Shown here piece by piece: positions 1 to 9,222 of a stretch of 56,174 bases of DNA. The notes under the pieces are model-generated. The model was not told the origin of the DNA. It saw only the letters and a list, made by a program, of their open reading frames with translations, and searched no databases. This stretch comes from Staphylococcus epidermidis (GTDB lineage Bacteria > Bacillota_I > Bacilli_A > RFN20 > CAG-826): positions 1 through 56,174 of the forward strand of contig CAMBSI010000003.1 in assembly GCA_945870555.1 (NCBI GenBank). The letters are read 5' to 3'. The position numbers and the translations under genes were made by a program. Positions within the stretch are counted from its first letter, which is position 1. Every line of letters begins with the position of its first letter.

Positions 1-17
1 AACCATATCAATTTACT

Positions 18-1988
18 TTGAAAAGTTGGGGTTTCTTTCTTGTTTGTTTATCGATTGTCCTCGCGACGATCAGGCCGCATTGGATTTGGTATTTGTTTTC
101 CGGAATCAGCTGTTTTATTTTATGGTTTCAATATCGATCATTAAGAAAATGGTTTTTAATGTGGATGATGTTGTGGTTCGGTATCCAAACCCTTGCAAAC
201 ATTATCCTACAAAACCAAAAGGAAATTTATGTGGTGGTTGACCGGCGTGACACATGGATGATTGTAAGGAATGGAAATGGGCGATACTTTGTTGAAACGG
301 TGATAGATGACCCTTATCAATGGGGTGATTTTTTAGGATTATCCGTCAACATAAGGCCCTTGGCATTCACAACTTATGAAGGTAAATTTAATTTTGTTTC
401 ATACCTCAATGAGCGTGGGGTTACCCAGCAATTAACCATCGTGAAAAGTCGGATAGTTTTTGCGTTTCCCATCAGAACAAGACGTATCATCGATCATCGA
501 CTCAATCAGTTACAACCCGAAACCAGTCATCTTGTTTCCTTGCTTTTGTTCAATCGATCTCGTGGTGAAGGGCAACCAAGTATCCTTCAAGAGTTATTCA
601 CGATGTCAGGATTAGGTTTTTATTTACTATGGTCTGTGTTACTTAAATGCTTCATGATTCGATTTGATGAACATCAGTCACGATTCATCTTGTTGGGTTT
701 CTTTCTTCCATATTTAATATTATCAATTGGCCATTGGTCATTCTTGAGAATTTATCTTTTAGAAACACTACGATGGACGTTTAAATCGAAAGGGATTCAA
801 CCGATTAAAGGTTATGGATTAGCATTCTTTTCCATGATCAATCCATATTATTGGATTCAACCAGGAGGAAAAATTTATTTAGCATTCCAAGCTTTTATCC
901 TATTCATCCTACCTTTACTTCAAATGAAGAAAAGGTTAGGTCGATGGCTGGCCTTTAGCAGCATGTCTTTTTTATGGGAATGGATGAATGAAGGAACCAT
1001 CAGCATCATCCAAACCATGTTGTTCGCGCCGATGGCCATGATTCAAATTTGGTTCATTCCAGGGTGGGTAATCTACTTGTATTTTGGCATCGAGATTCCT
1101 CTCTTGGCTTGGTTAACAAAACGTATAAGTGAGATGATCCTGTACATTCCAAACCTTTCACCCATCTATTTAGGCCTCCTGAATCCGTGGTTAATGTGGA
1201 TGCTTTTGATATTTATATTCCTATGGTTGTGGTTTCAATGGTTAAAATTAACCATCCATAAGCATCATGTGTTGATGATGGGTTTAATTCTACTCACCGT
1301 CCATATGAGTAACTTGGACCAACGTTTCGTGAGTTATGTTGATTTTCTAAATGTAGGTCAAGGCGATGCCACGCTCGTCTATTCACATGGTCAATCCTTA
1401 TTAATTGATACGGGTGGAGTCAAACAATTTGATATTGCAAAAGAAGTTTTAATTCCTTACTTGCGCAAGCAACGCATTCGGCATTTGGATTACCTCATCA
1501 TTACCCATAATGATTTCGACCATAATGGCGGACTTGAATCCCTCCTTAAACACTTCCATGTTAAAAACCTCATCATGGCAACCTTCCAACCCTTCAAACT
1601 TGGGCGAATGGTCATCACCAATTATCAACAATATTGGCCTTCTTTAATTGAGGATAATGAGCGATCCTTAATGGTGGGGATTGAAGCGGTTGATTGCCGC
1701 TGGCTTGTCATGGGAGATGCGACAATCAAGACGGAGGCATTATTACTAAGTGATTTTCCAAATTTAAAAGCGAATGTATTGAGGATTGGCCATCATGGTT
1801 CGAATACCTCGACATCCGATGACTTATTAAACCAACTTCAAGTCAAGCATGCAGTAATTTCAAGTGGAGGAGGAAATCGCTATGGGCATCCCCATCCAGA
1901 AGTGATGGAACGGTTAAATGCGAGGGACATTCAGATTCGCCGCACCGATTTAGAGGGGACAATCCGCTATCAAACGTGTAAAATATAA
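18..1988 (+). CDS. comEC: ComEC/Rec2 DNA-uptake membrane protein with C-terminal metallo-beta-lactamase domain (may extend 5' beyond the window)
   Basis: Multi-TM central region followed by MBL motifs VDFLNVGQGDA, LIDTGG, THNDFDH, GHHGS, YGHPH; directly upstream of holA as in Bacilli. The frame is open back to base 3, so the TTG start is uncertain. Confidence 0.9.
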   Translation: MKSWGFFLVCLSIVLATIRPHWIWYLFSGISCFILWFQYRSLRKWFLMWMMLWFGIQTLANIILQNQKEIYVVVDRRDTWMIVRNGNGRYFVETVIDDPYQWGDFLGLSVNIRPLAFTTYEGKFNFVSYLNERGVTQQLTIVKSRIVFAFPIRTRRIIDHRLNQLQPETSHLVSLLLFNRSRGEGQPSILQELFTMSGLGFYLLWSVLLKCFMIRFDEHQSRFILLGFFLPYLILSIGHWSFLRIYLLETLRWTFKSKGIQPIKGYGLAFFSMINPYYWIQPGGKIYLAFQAFILFILPLLQMKKRLGRWLAFSSMSFLWEWMNEGTISIIQTMLFAPMAMIQIWFIPGWVIYLYFGIEIPLLAWLTKRISEMILYIPNLSPIYLGLLNPWLMWMLLIFIFLWLWFQWLKLTIHKHHVLMMGLILLTVHMSNLDQRFVSYVDFLNVGQGDATLVYSHGQSLLIDTGGVKQFDIAKEVLIPYLRKQRIRHLDYLIITHNDFDHNGGLESLLKHFHVKNLIMATFQPFKLGRMVITNYQQYWPSLIEDNERSLMVGIEAVDCRWLVMGDATIKTEALLLSDFPNLKANVLRIGHHGSNTSTSDDLLNQLQVKHAVISSGGGNRYGHPHPEVMERLNARDIQIRRTDLEGTIRYQTCKI

Positions 1989-1990
1989 TC

Positions 1991-2950
1991 ATGATTCGAT
2001 TAATCACATCCCCATCATTCCAATTGCTTGATCAACAACTCAAGCAAATCTTATCAACCTATCCTAAAACAACGACAATCGAAACCGTCGATGCCTCGAA
2101 CACAGGTATGGCTCAATGGTTACAAGAGATCACCCAACCAAGCCTATGGTCGGAAGCAAAAGTGGTGGTGGTTTATCAAGCATATTTCTTTGCGGGTACG
2201 ACGGTAAAAGGTTTAGCCAAAACCAAAGACGAAGAACCACTGGTGTCATTTTTAGAGCAAAAGGATTATCCAACGGATGTGATCTTTACGTATCAAGGTG
2301 ACGTAGACGAACGTCTTACCTTCATGAAACTCATCAAAAAACATCATGAATGGATTGCCTTACCAATTGAGAAAAAAGACATGTGGTCATCGTTATTCAT
2401 TCGTTGGCAAAAGCAACTTGAGGTTAACCTCAATTCAAAAGCTTTAATGACACTCATTGATTTAACCTTCCCTGATTTGGATCGCGCATATCAAGAATTA
2501 AAAAAGTTAAGCGTTTATGGCAAAGACATTAACGAAACCACCGTTCGCAACTTGGTATCTGCAAACTTAGATGACAATGTCTTTGCGTTAACGAACCATT
2601 TGATGGCGGATTCCCTACAAGGAGCGTTAACCTCATTAAAAGATTTAATGACGTTACAAGTTGAACCAACGTTACTGATTAGCCTAATTGGAAAACATTT
2701 TCAATTGTTTGCAAAAGTGACGCATCTATTAACTCAGTCCATGGATACTTTTCAAATGAGCCAAACCCTTAAAGTGCATGAATTTCGAATTCGTTTAATG
2801 TCGCAAGCTAAAAAACGATTTCCTATCCGAAGAATTAACCACATTTTATTAAGTTTAGATGCATTGGATGAATCCATTAAAAAAGGCCGCCAAGATAAAG
2901 TGGAGGCCCTGAGTTGGTGGATTGTTAACTTTAATACGATTACTTCTTAA
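1991..2950 (+). CDS. holA: DNA polymerase III delta subunit
   Basis: 319 aa; QELKKLSVY, DNVFALT and EPTLLISLI patterns typical of HolA; comEC-holA synteny. Confidence 0.88.
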   Translation: MIRLITSPSFQLLDQQLKQILSTYPKTTTIETVDASNTGMAQWLQEITQPSLWSEAKVVVVYQAYFFAGTTVKGLAKTKDEEPLVSFLEQKDYPTDVIFTYQGDVDERLTFMKLIKKHHEWIALPIEKKDMWSSLFIRWQKQLEVNLNSKALMTLIDLTFPDLDRAYQELKKLSVYGKDINETTVRNLVSANLDDNVFALTNHLMADSLQGALTSLKDLMTLQVEPTLLISLIGKHFQLFAKVTHLLTQSMDTFQMSQTLKVHEFRIRLMSQAKKRFPIRRINHILLSLDALDESIKKGRQDKVEALSWWIVNFNTITS

Positions 2951-3794
2951 GAATACGTTCGTACATCGATGGTCGTCTATCTCGAAAAACGCCCCAAGAA
3001 TAACGTAATTTTTCTAATTCCTTTAAGTCAAACGTTTGGGTGATTAATCCGGTGGTGGTTCGATCCATTTGTTGGAGAATCACACCGTTGTAATTACTAA
3101 TAAAACTGGTTCCATAAAAGGTCATATGATGTTGCCCAAAGGATTCTTTGCCAATCCGGTTGGCAGCAATGACCGGTATCAAATTCGCTGCAGCATGACC
3201 CATCATCGTATTTTGCCAGTGAATTTGCGAATCAATCGGTAAGGTTGGTTCTGACCCAATCGCCGTTGGATATAACAGCATATCCGCACCTTCTAGGGCA
3301 AGGATGCGTGCGACTTCGGGAAACCATTGATCCCAGCAAATGCCAACGCCAATTTTACCAAATTTAGTGGTATACACTTTTAATGGCGTGTCCCCTGGGG
3401 TGAAGTAAAACTTTTCTTGATATGATTCTCCGGTAGGAATATGCATTTTTCGATACTGACCAAGCAAGGTTCCATCTGCATCGATGATGGCAATGGAATT
3501 GTAAAAGACGTTGTTTGCTTTTTCAAAATAAGAAATCGGTAACACCACATTCAATGACTTCGCAAGTTTTTGAAAATAAATCAAATCCTGATTATTTTCA
3601 AAAGGTCTCGCAAGTTCAAAATGATCATAGTTTTCGACTTGGCAAAAATATAAGCCCATAAACAGTTCTGGTAACAAAATAACATTTGAACCTGCTTGCG
3701 CAGCTTGCTTGACAAGTTTAGTCGCAAGGTCAAGATTGACCTGACGTTGTGGGCTCATCGCCATTTGGATGGCAGTTACGGTCACTTTGGACAC
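2940..3794 (-). CDS. aguB: N-carbamoylputrescine amidohydrolase (nitrilase family)
   Basis: E-K-C triad motifs LPELF, YRKMHIP, ICWDQWFPE; GSEP; AANRIG. Start moved to GTG at 3794, one base after the aguA stop and behind AAAGGGG. Confidence 0.92.
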   Translation of the reverse strand: MSKVTVTAIQMAMSPQRQVNLDLATKLVKQAAQAGSNVILLPELFMGLYFCQVENYDHFELARPFENNQDLIYFQKLAKSLNVVLPISYFEKANNVFYNSIAIIDADGTLLGQYRKMHIPTGESYQEKFYFTPGDTPLKVYTTKFGKIGVGICWDQWFPEVARILALEGADMLLYPTAIGSEPTLPIDSQIHWQNTMMGHAAANLIPVIAANRIGKESFGQHHMTFYGTSFISNYNGVILQQMDRTTTGLITQTFDLKELEKLRYSWGVFRDRRPSMYERILKK

Positions 3795-3795
3795 G

Positions 3796-4902
3796 TTAGC
3801 GAACCCCTTTAGGAATTTGTTGAGTGATACAGTGGATGTTTCCTCCACCTAACAAAACTTCTTTACTGTCAATCATGACCACTTTTCGTTTAGGAAAGAC
3901 AGCCTTTAATTGGGCAAGTGCAATCTCGTCAGTTTTTTGATTAAATTTTGGGACAATGACCCCATCATTGACAAAATAAAGGTTAAGGTATGAGGCAGCT
4001 AATCGTTCATTCATGGGGCGATTCTTGCTTTGTGTCCCTGCACCTGGGGTTAAACCTGCAGATTCAAAATAAGTCCGATGAATTGCTTTGGGCATCACCA
4101 CGGTTGAAATTTTTAATGGTTGACCATTGATATCCGTTTGTTGTTTCAGGGCTTCGATGGTCAATAATGACAATGGTTGTTGGGCATCTCGTGGATCAAC
4201 CCCTTCGGCAACAAGGACATGCCCTGGACCAACAAAGGTTGCCACATTATCCACATGTTCCTTGGTTTCATCATTATAAATACCACGCGGTAACCAAATG
4301 ACTTTCTTCGCGCCTAAGGATTCCAATAATTTTGTTTCAATTTGTTTTTTCGTGAGTTTTGGATTTCTGCCTTTATGAAGTAGGTTGTACTCGGTCGCCA
4401 TGACCAATCCTTCTCCATCGACATGAAATGCGCCACCCTCCATCACGAACCCGTCCGTACGGTAGGTGTCTAACTTTAAAATAGAGGCGATTGCCTTCGC
4501 CAATGCGTCATCTTGATCCCACGGTTGATATAAACCGAATTCTTTACCACCATAAGCATTAAATTCCCAATCAACTGCGCGAAACTGACCAAGTTTATTC
4601 TTTAGAATGGTTGGTCCAGTGTCACGAACCCAGGCATCATCGTAAGGAACTTGAAAGAATTCAATATTTTTAATCTTTGTTTTTTGGAAACTTGGCCATA
4701 TAAGAGGATGAACCCCAATCATGACCGGTTCAAACTTTGCAATTTCTTTTGCAATCTTGAGAAACGCTTCTTGGGCTTCTTTCGCTTGATTGCGCCAAAC
4801 GTCACCACGAAAAGGCATGAGCATGAGGGTTGCGTCATGAGCGGAAAACTCCGCCGGCATAAAATACCCGTCTTTAATTGGGTTAAGGAGTTTGGTGTTC
4901 AT
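3796..4902 (-). CDS. aguA: Agmatine deiminase
   Basis: MPAEF, DAWVRDTGP, EGG, HVDN and C-terminal GGGNIHCITQQIP catalytic Cys motif. Confidence 0.95.
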   Translation of the reverse strand: MNTKLLNPIKDGYFMPAEFSAHDATLMLMPFRGDVWRNQAKEAQEAFLKIAKEIAKFEPVMIGVHPLIWPSFQKTKIKNIEFFQVPYDDAWVRDTGPTILKNKLGQFRAVDWEFNAYGGKEFGLYQPWDQDDALAKAIASILKLDTYRTDGFVMEGGAFHVDGEGLVMATEYNLLHKGRNPKLTKKQIETKLLESLGAKKVIWLPRGIYNDETKEHVDNVATFVGPGHVLVAEGVDPRDAQQPLSLLTIEALKQQTDINGQPLKISTVVMPKAIHRTYFESAGLTPGAGTQSKNRPMNERLAASYLNLYFVNDGVIVPKFNQKTDEIALAQLKAVFPKRKVVMIDSKEVLLGGGNIHCITQQIPKGVR

Positions 4903-4941
4903 TAAGATTATTTTATAACAAAATAAGAAAAAGTGTGCGAA

Positions 4942-5223
4942 CTAGGACTTTGCGAGGAGTTTGCTTTGTTCAGAAAAAAATGACATTAATCGAGATTTTT
5001 GTCTTGCTGCAGTTTGGGATTTTTGAATGCCATGACTGACCGATTTATCAATAAGCTTGATTGCAAGGTTTAATGCAGTTTGAGCAGCGACGAGGTCTTT
5101 GTTCGTTAATTGTTGTTTCACCCGTTTAATTGCGGTACGCATACTCGCTTTAAAGGTGAAGTTATGATCTTCCGCTTTTTGATTGGTTAGGATACGCTTA
5201 ATTTGAGATTGAATATTTGCCAT
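4942..5223 (-). CDS. rpsT: 30S ribosomal protein S20
   Basis: MANIQSQIKRILTN...AARQKSRL; start reassigned to the ATG at 5223 behind an AGAGGT SD. Confidence 0.97.
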   Translation of the reverse strand: MANIQSQIKRILTNQKAEDHNFTFKASMRTAIKRVKQQLTNKDLVAAQTALNLAIKLIDKSVSHGIQKSQTAARQKSRLMSFFSEQSKLLAKS

Positions 5224-5243
5224 ATAGACCTCTTTTCTTTGAT

Positions 5244-5271
5244 ATTTTACCACAACGTCGGCATGATTCAA
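5244..5271 (-). promoter_or_regulatory. Sigma-A promoter for rpsT
   Basis: Minus strand TTGAAT-16 nt-TAAAAT with a TGn extended -10. Confidence 0.6.
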
Positions 5272-5327
5272 TGAAAACGCGAGAAAGCGTGCTCCGAAAG
5301 ATTCATTTTACAAACGACCATATATAC

Positions 5328-5355
5328 TTGACAGAATCAAGCAGAGTGATAACAT
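5328..5355 (+). promoter_or_regulatory. Sigma-A promoter for the acpP-acc-fab operon
   Basis: TTGACA (5328-5333), 16 nt, TGn-TAACAT (5350-5355); AAGGAG SD before acpP. Confidence 0.65.
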
Positions 5356-5384
5356 AGGGGCATATATTTAAAGGAGAAATTGCT

Positions 5385-5672
5385 ATGGTTTTAGAAAAAA
5401 TTCGCGAAGTTGTCGCAAAGAAATTCAAGGTACAAGCGCAAAATCTTAAACCAACTACCCGTTTAAGAGAAGATTTAAATGTGGATTCATTAGATGCCGT
5501 TGAATTAATCATGGAGTTAGAAGATACCTTTAAAGTTAAAATCGGCGATGATGAAGCGCAAAAATTGAAAACAATTGGTGATATTGTTAACTTTATTCAA
5601 CCTAAAGTTACTCAACCTGTTGCCCAACCTAAAGTTACTCAACCTGTTACTCAACCTAAAGTGAAAAAGTAG
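5385..5672 (+). CDS. acpP: Acyl carrier protein with C-terminal repeat tail
   Basis: DLNVDSLDAVELIMELED phosphopantetheine motif; heads the acc/fab cluster. Confidence 0.96.
   Translation: MVLEKIREVVAKKFKVQAQNLKPTTRLREDLNVDSLDAVELIMELEDTFKVKIGDDEAQKLKTIGDIVNFIQPKVTQPVAQPKVTQPVTQPKVKK
5598..5663 (+). repeat. In-frame 27-nt tandem repeat (about 2.4 copies) encoding QPKVTQPVA/QPKVTQPVT/QPKV
   Basis: caacctaaagttactcaacctgttgcc (5598-5624), caacctaaagttactcaacctgttact (5625-5651), caacctaaagtg (5652-5663). Confidence 0.95.
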
Positions 5673-5678
5673 GTTTTT

Positions 5679-6152
5679 ATGGATTTCAAAAAGGTCCAAG
5701 ACCTCATTAAGTATTTTGAATCGTCTAAGTTAACGACCATGGCTTTAGAGGATGGTACCTTTAAACTCGCACTATCAAAACTTAAAGAATCCACCCAAGT
5801 TGAATCAAAAACGACAAATATTCCCGTCAGTGATGGAAAAATTTTACCTCCAAATGTCAATCCTAAAGCTCAAAATAATAGTGCCAATAAAGTGACGGAA
5901 GATGTTTTACTTAAAGATGTGACATCACCACTTGTTGGTACATTTTATGCTGCGAGTTCACCCACGACGGAACCTTTTGTTAAGGTCGGTCAACGTGTGA
6001 ACAAGGGCCAAACTGTCTGTATTGTTGAAGCGATGAAAATCATGAACGAAATTGCTTCACCTTTCTCAGGAGTGGTCGAAAAAATTAATTGTAAAAATGG
6101 TGATGTGGTTGGTTTCAATCAAGTCATTATTTCACTTAGACCACAGGAGTAA
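5679..6152 (+). CDS. accB: Acetyl-CoA carboxylase biotin carboxyl carrier protein
   Basis: SPLVGTFY and EAMKIMNEI biotinylation motif. Confidence 0.97.
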   Translation: MDFKKVQDLIKYFESSKLTTMALEDGTFKLALSKLKESTQVESKTTNIPVSDGKILPPNVNPKAQNNSANKVTEDVLLKDVTSPLVGTFYAASSPTTEPFVKVGQRVNKGQTVCIVEAMKIMNEIASPFSGVVEKINCKNGDVVGFNQVIISLRPQE

Positions 6153-6154
6153 TT

Positions 6155-7516
6155 ATGGCGGAAAAACTTCTCGTCGCCAACCGCGGTGAGATCGCAGTGC
6201 GGGTCATTAGGGCCTGCAAGGAACTTTCCATTCCAACGGTTGCCGTTTATTCAACTGCCGATCGTGACACGATGGCAGTAAAGATTGCCGACGAATCAAT
6301 CTGTATTGGTGAACCACGCTCAAACAAAAGTTATCTCAATATCAATAACGTCATCAGTGCTGCCTTAGCAACGGGTGCAACAATGATTCATCCAGGCTAT
6401 GGTTTTTTATCTGAAAACGAACAGTTTGCAGAAATTGTGGCAAGCTGTGGCGTGAAATTTGTAGGTCCCTCTGCGAATGCTATCCGTCAAATTGGCGACA
6501 AAGCATCGGCCAAAAAAATTGCACGGAAAGCTGGCGTTCCTGTAATTGAAGGTTCTGAAGGTATCGTTGAAAACCTTGAAGAAGGGCTTAAAGTAGCAAA
6601 AACAATTGGCTTCCCTGTCATGATCAAAGCAACATCAGGTGGTGGCGGTCGTGGTATTTCCATCATTCGTTCTGAAAAAGAGTTCCGTGATATATTTGAC
6701 CGCACCTCATTAGAAGCAGAAGCCAGTTTTGGCGATAAAAATTTGTATGTTGAAAAGTACATTGAAAATCCTCGCCATATTGAAATACAAGTCCTTTGTG
6801 ACAGTTTAGGTTCCTGTGTGTTCTTAGGTGAACGAGACTGCTCACTGCAACGCCGAAACCAAAAGTTAGTTGAAGAAGGACCTTCCCCGGTTGTGGATGC
6901 ACGCTTACGCAAAAAAATGGGTGACGCTGCAATCAAACTCGCAAAAGCGGTCGGTTACGTAAACGCTGGTACCGTCGAATTTTTAGTTGATAAAAATTTA
7001 AATTTTTATTTTATCGAAATGAATACACGCATTCAGGTTGAACATCCAGTGACGGAATTCATTACCGGTATTGATTTAGTCAAGGAACAAATCAAAATTG
7101 CGTTAGGAAAACCTTTACCCTTCACCCAAAGACAAATCAAAATTACGGGTCATGCGATAGAATGTAGAATTAATGCAGAAGACGTGAAAGAAAACTTCCG
7201 ACCAGCGCCGGGAAAAATCACCCAATTGGTCATGCCAGGCGGCATCGGTGTTCGCATTGATACGCACATTTACCCAGGTTATGAAGTTCCTCCATTTTAT
7301 GATTCCATGATTGCTAAATTAATTGTGCATGCGCCAACCAGAAAAGAAGCAATCCGGAAAATGATTGTTGCGTTGGAACAATTCATGATCGATGGCATCA
7401 CCACGAATATTGCCTTCCATTATTCCATTCTTCACACCCAAGAATTTGTGTCCGGACAAGTGGATACCGGTTTTGTGGGACGCTTTTTGGAACGAATCAA
7501 GGATTTACATGAGTGA
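6155..7516 (+). CDS. accC: Biotin carboxylase
   Basis: ANRGEIAVR, HPGYGFLSEN, GGGGRG, EMNTRIQVEH, RINAED, YDSMIAKL. Confidence 0.98.
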   Translation: MAEKLLVANRGEIAVRVIRACKELSIPTVAVYSTADRDTMAVKIADESICIGEPRSNKSYLNINNVISAALATGATMIHPGYGFLSENEQFAEIVASCGVKFVGPSANAIRQIGDKASAKKIARKAGVPVIEGSEGIVENLEEGLKVAKTIGFPVMIKATSGGGGRGISIIRSEKEFRDIFDRTSLEAEASFGDKNLYVEKYIENPRHIEIQVLCDSLGSCVFLGERDCSLQRRNQKLVEEGPSPVVDARLRKKMGDAAIKLAKAVGYVNAGTVEFLVDKNLNFYFIEMNTRIQVEHPVTEFITGIDLVKEQIKIALGKPLPFTQRQIKITGHAIECRINAEDVKENFRPAPGKITQLVMPGGIGVRIDTHIYPGYEVPPFYDSMIAKLIVHAPTRKEAIRKMIVALEQFMIDGITTNIAFHYSILHTQEFVSGQVDTGFVGRFLERIKDLHE

Positions 7517-8393
7517 CATTTTTACGAAACAAAAACCGAATTTAAGGACTTTCCTAAAGGTCGCGGAAAAACCTTTACCAAAAACACCTATTGATATTCC
7601 AGATGGATTGTTTGTTGAATGTGAACAATGCCACTCTGCGCTCTATCAAAAAGCCCTTCAAGAAAATCTCTTTGTCTGTATGCATTGTCAATTTCATTTT
7701 CGAATCAAAACCTCAGAACGCATCCGTTTAATGGTCGATGATCAATCCTTCAAGCCCATTGATACATTGATGACATCGAAAAACCCTTTATCGATGCCTG
7801 AATACGAACAAAAATTAGCAATTTCAAAAAAAAGCACCGGTCAAGCAGAAGCATTTGTTGGTGGGCAAGCTTCGATTTCAGGGATACCCATTGCCCTGGG
7901 AATTTTAGATTCATTCTTCATGATGGGTTCAATGGGATCCGTGGTGGGCGAAAAAATCACCCGTTTAATTGAATTTGCAGTTCAACAACATTTACCACTT
8001 GTCATTTTTTCTGCAAGTGGTGGGGCAAGAATGCAAGAAGGTATTTTGTCCTTAATGCAAATGGTGAAAACCTCCGCTGCGCTTAAAAAGTTAGATCAAG
8101 CAGGTGGCTTGTTTATTTCCGTGTTAACACATCCTACCACCGGTGGCGTTGCGGCAAGTTATGCATCACTTGGCGATATCATCGTTGCCGAATTTGGAGC
8201 GTTGATCGGTTTTGCTGGGGCACGGGTGATTAAACAAACCATCCAACAAGACCTACCCGATGGATTTCAAACCGCTGGATTTCAATTAAAACATGGGCAA
8301 GTTGACCTTGTCGTTGAACGAAAACATTTAAAGCAATCATTATTAACCCTCCTCCGCTTCCATCAAAAAGAAGGGGGCACGAAGCATGAATAA
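7509..8393 (+). CDS. accD: Acetyl-CoA carboxylase carboxyltransferase beta subunit
   Basis: Zn finger CEQC..CMHC, FMMGSMG, SGGARMQEG, PTTGGV; start reassigned to ATG 7509 overlapping the accC end. Confidence 0.96.
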   Translation: MSDIFTKQKPNLRTFLKVAEKPLPKTPIDIPDGLFVECEQCHSALYQKALQENLFVCMHCQFHFRIKTSERIRLMVDDQSFKPIDTLMTSKNPLSMPEYEQKLAISKKSTGQAEAFVGGQASISGIPIALGILDSFFMMGSMGSVVGEKITRLIEFAVQQHLPLVIFSASGGARMQEGILSLMQMVKTSAALKKLDQAGGLFISVLTHPTTGGVAASYASLGDIIVAEFGALIGFAGARVIKQTIQQDLPDGFQTAGFQLKHGQVDLVVERKHLKQSLLTLLRFHQKEGGTKHE

Positions 8394-9222
8394 TCTAGAA
8401 GAAAAAGTTTGGGAAAAAGTTCGCTTAGCTCGCCACCCTAAACGGCCGACAGCTTCGATGGTCATTAAACAACTGTTTCCAGATTTTTTAGAACTTCATG
8501 GTGATCGTCAATTTGGTGATGATGCCTCTTTAATTGGAGGTCTTGCAACCTTTAACGGCATACCGATTACCGTGATTGCCCAAGAAAAAGGTTCTACAAC
8601 CGAAGAAAAAATTGCAAGAAACTTTGGGATGCCACATCCGGAAGGTTATCGCAAAGCGTTACGATTAATGAAGCAAGCTGAAAAATACCAACGACCCATT
8701 TTCTTGTTAATCGATACCCCAGGAGCTTATCCAGGGATTGGTGCAGAAGAACGAGGTCAGGCTCAAGCGATTGCCTTTAATTTATTTGAAATGATCGCTT
8801 TAAAAACCCCATTGATTGGTGTGGTTTTATCCGAGGGTGGTTCTGGTGGTGCCTTGGCGATTGGTGTGACCGATTCACTTTTCATGTTGGAAAATAGCAT
8901 TTATTCCATTATCTCTCCAGAAGGTTTTGCATCGATTCTTTTTAAAGACTCGACCAAAGCCAAATCGGCTGCCGCCTTGATGAAGTTAACGGCAGAAGAC
9001 CTATTATCTTTGGGCATTATTGATGGGATTATCCCAGAAGCCAAAGGTGGTTTCCAAGATGATGTTGCAATGACGTTACAAGCATTGAAAACCTCACTTC
9101 TAAAATCCTTAAAGCAATTAATGAAATTATCGTTAACTAATCTCTTGCAAAAACGGGAAGCAAAGTTCCGAAACATTGGCGTATTTGAAGATCAGAAAGT
9201 GGATAGCAAAGATGGAAAATAA
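8386..9222 (+). CDS. accA: Acetyl-CoA carboxylase carboxyltransferase alpha subunit
   Basis: LHGDR, FGMPHPEGYRKA, DTPGAYPG, EGGSGGAL, SPEG. Confidence 0.97.
   Translation: MNNLEEKVWEKVRLARHPKRPTASMVIKQLFPDFLELHGDRQFGDDASLIGGLATFNGIPITVIAQEKGSTTEEKIARNFGMPHPEGYRKALRLMKQAEKYQRPIFLLIDTPGAYPGIGAEERGQAQAIAFNLFEMIALKTPLIGVVLSEGGSGGALAIGVTDSLFMLENSIYSIISPEGFASILFKDSTKAKSAAALMKLTAEDLLSLGIIDGIIPEAKGGFQDDVAMTLQALKTSLLKSLKQLMKLSLTNLLQKREAKFRNIGVFEDQKVDSKDGK

Noticed and set aside
5271-5306. GC-richer imperfect hairpin (ATGAA..ACGC-GAGAAA-GCGT..TTCAT) between the rpsT and acpP promoters as an ncRNA or fatty-acid regulator operator
   Set aside because: The stems are short and interrupted, it lies upstream of both predicted promoters, and it does not match the FapR-type inverted repeat; insufficient support.
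5598-5663. 27-nt repeats as a mini CRISPR array
   Set aside because: The units are directly adjacent with no spacers, in frame within acpP, and no cas genes are present.
6487-6936. Long antisense or alternate-frame ORFs in the track (for example 6487-6936, 20255-20545, 27318-27632, 39744-40100, 40314-40667, 42894-43427)
   Set aside because: They lie wholly or mostly opposite well-conserved housekeeping genes, show no motifs or SDs, and are explained as codon-bias shadows.
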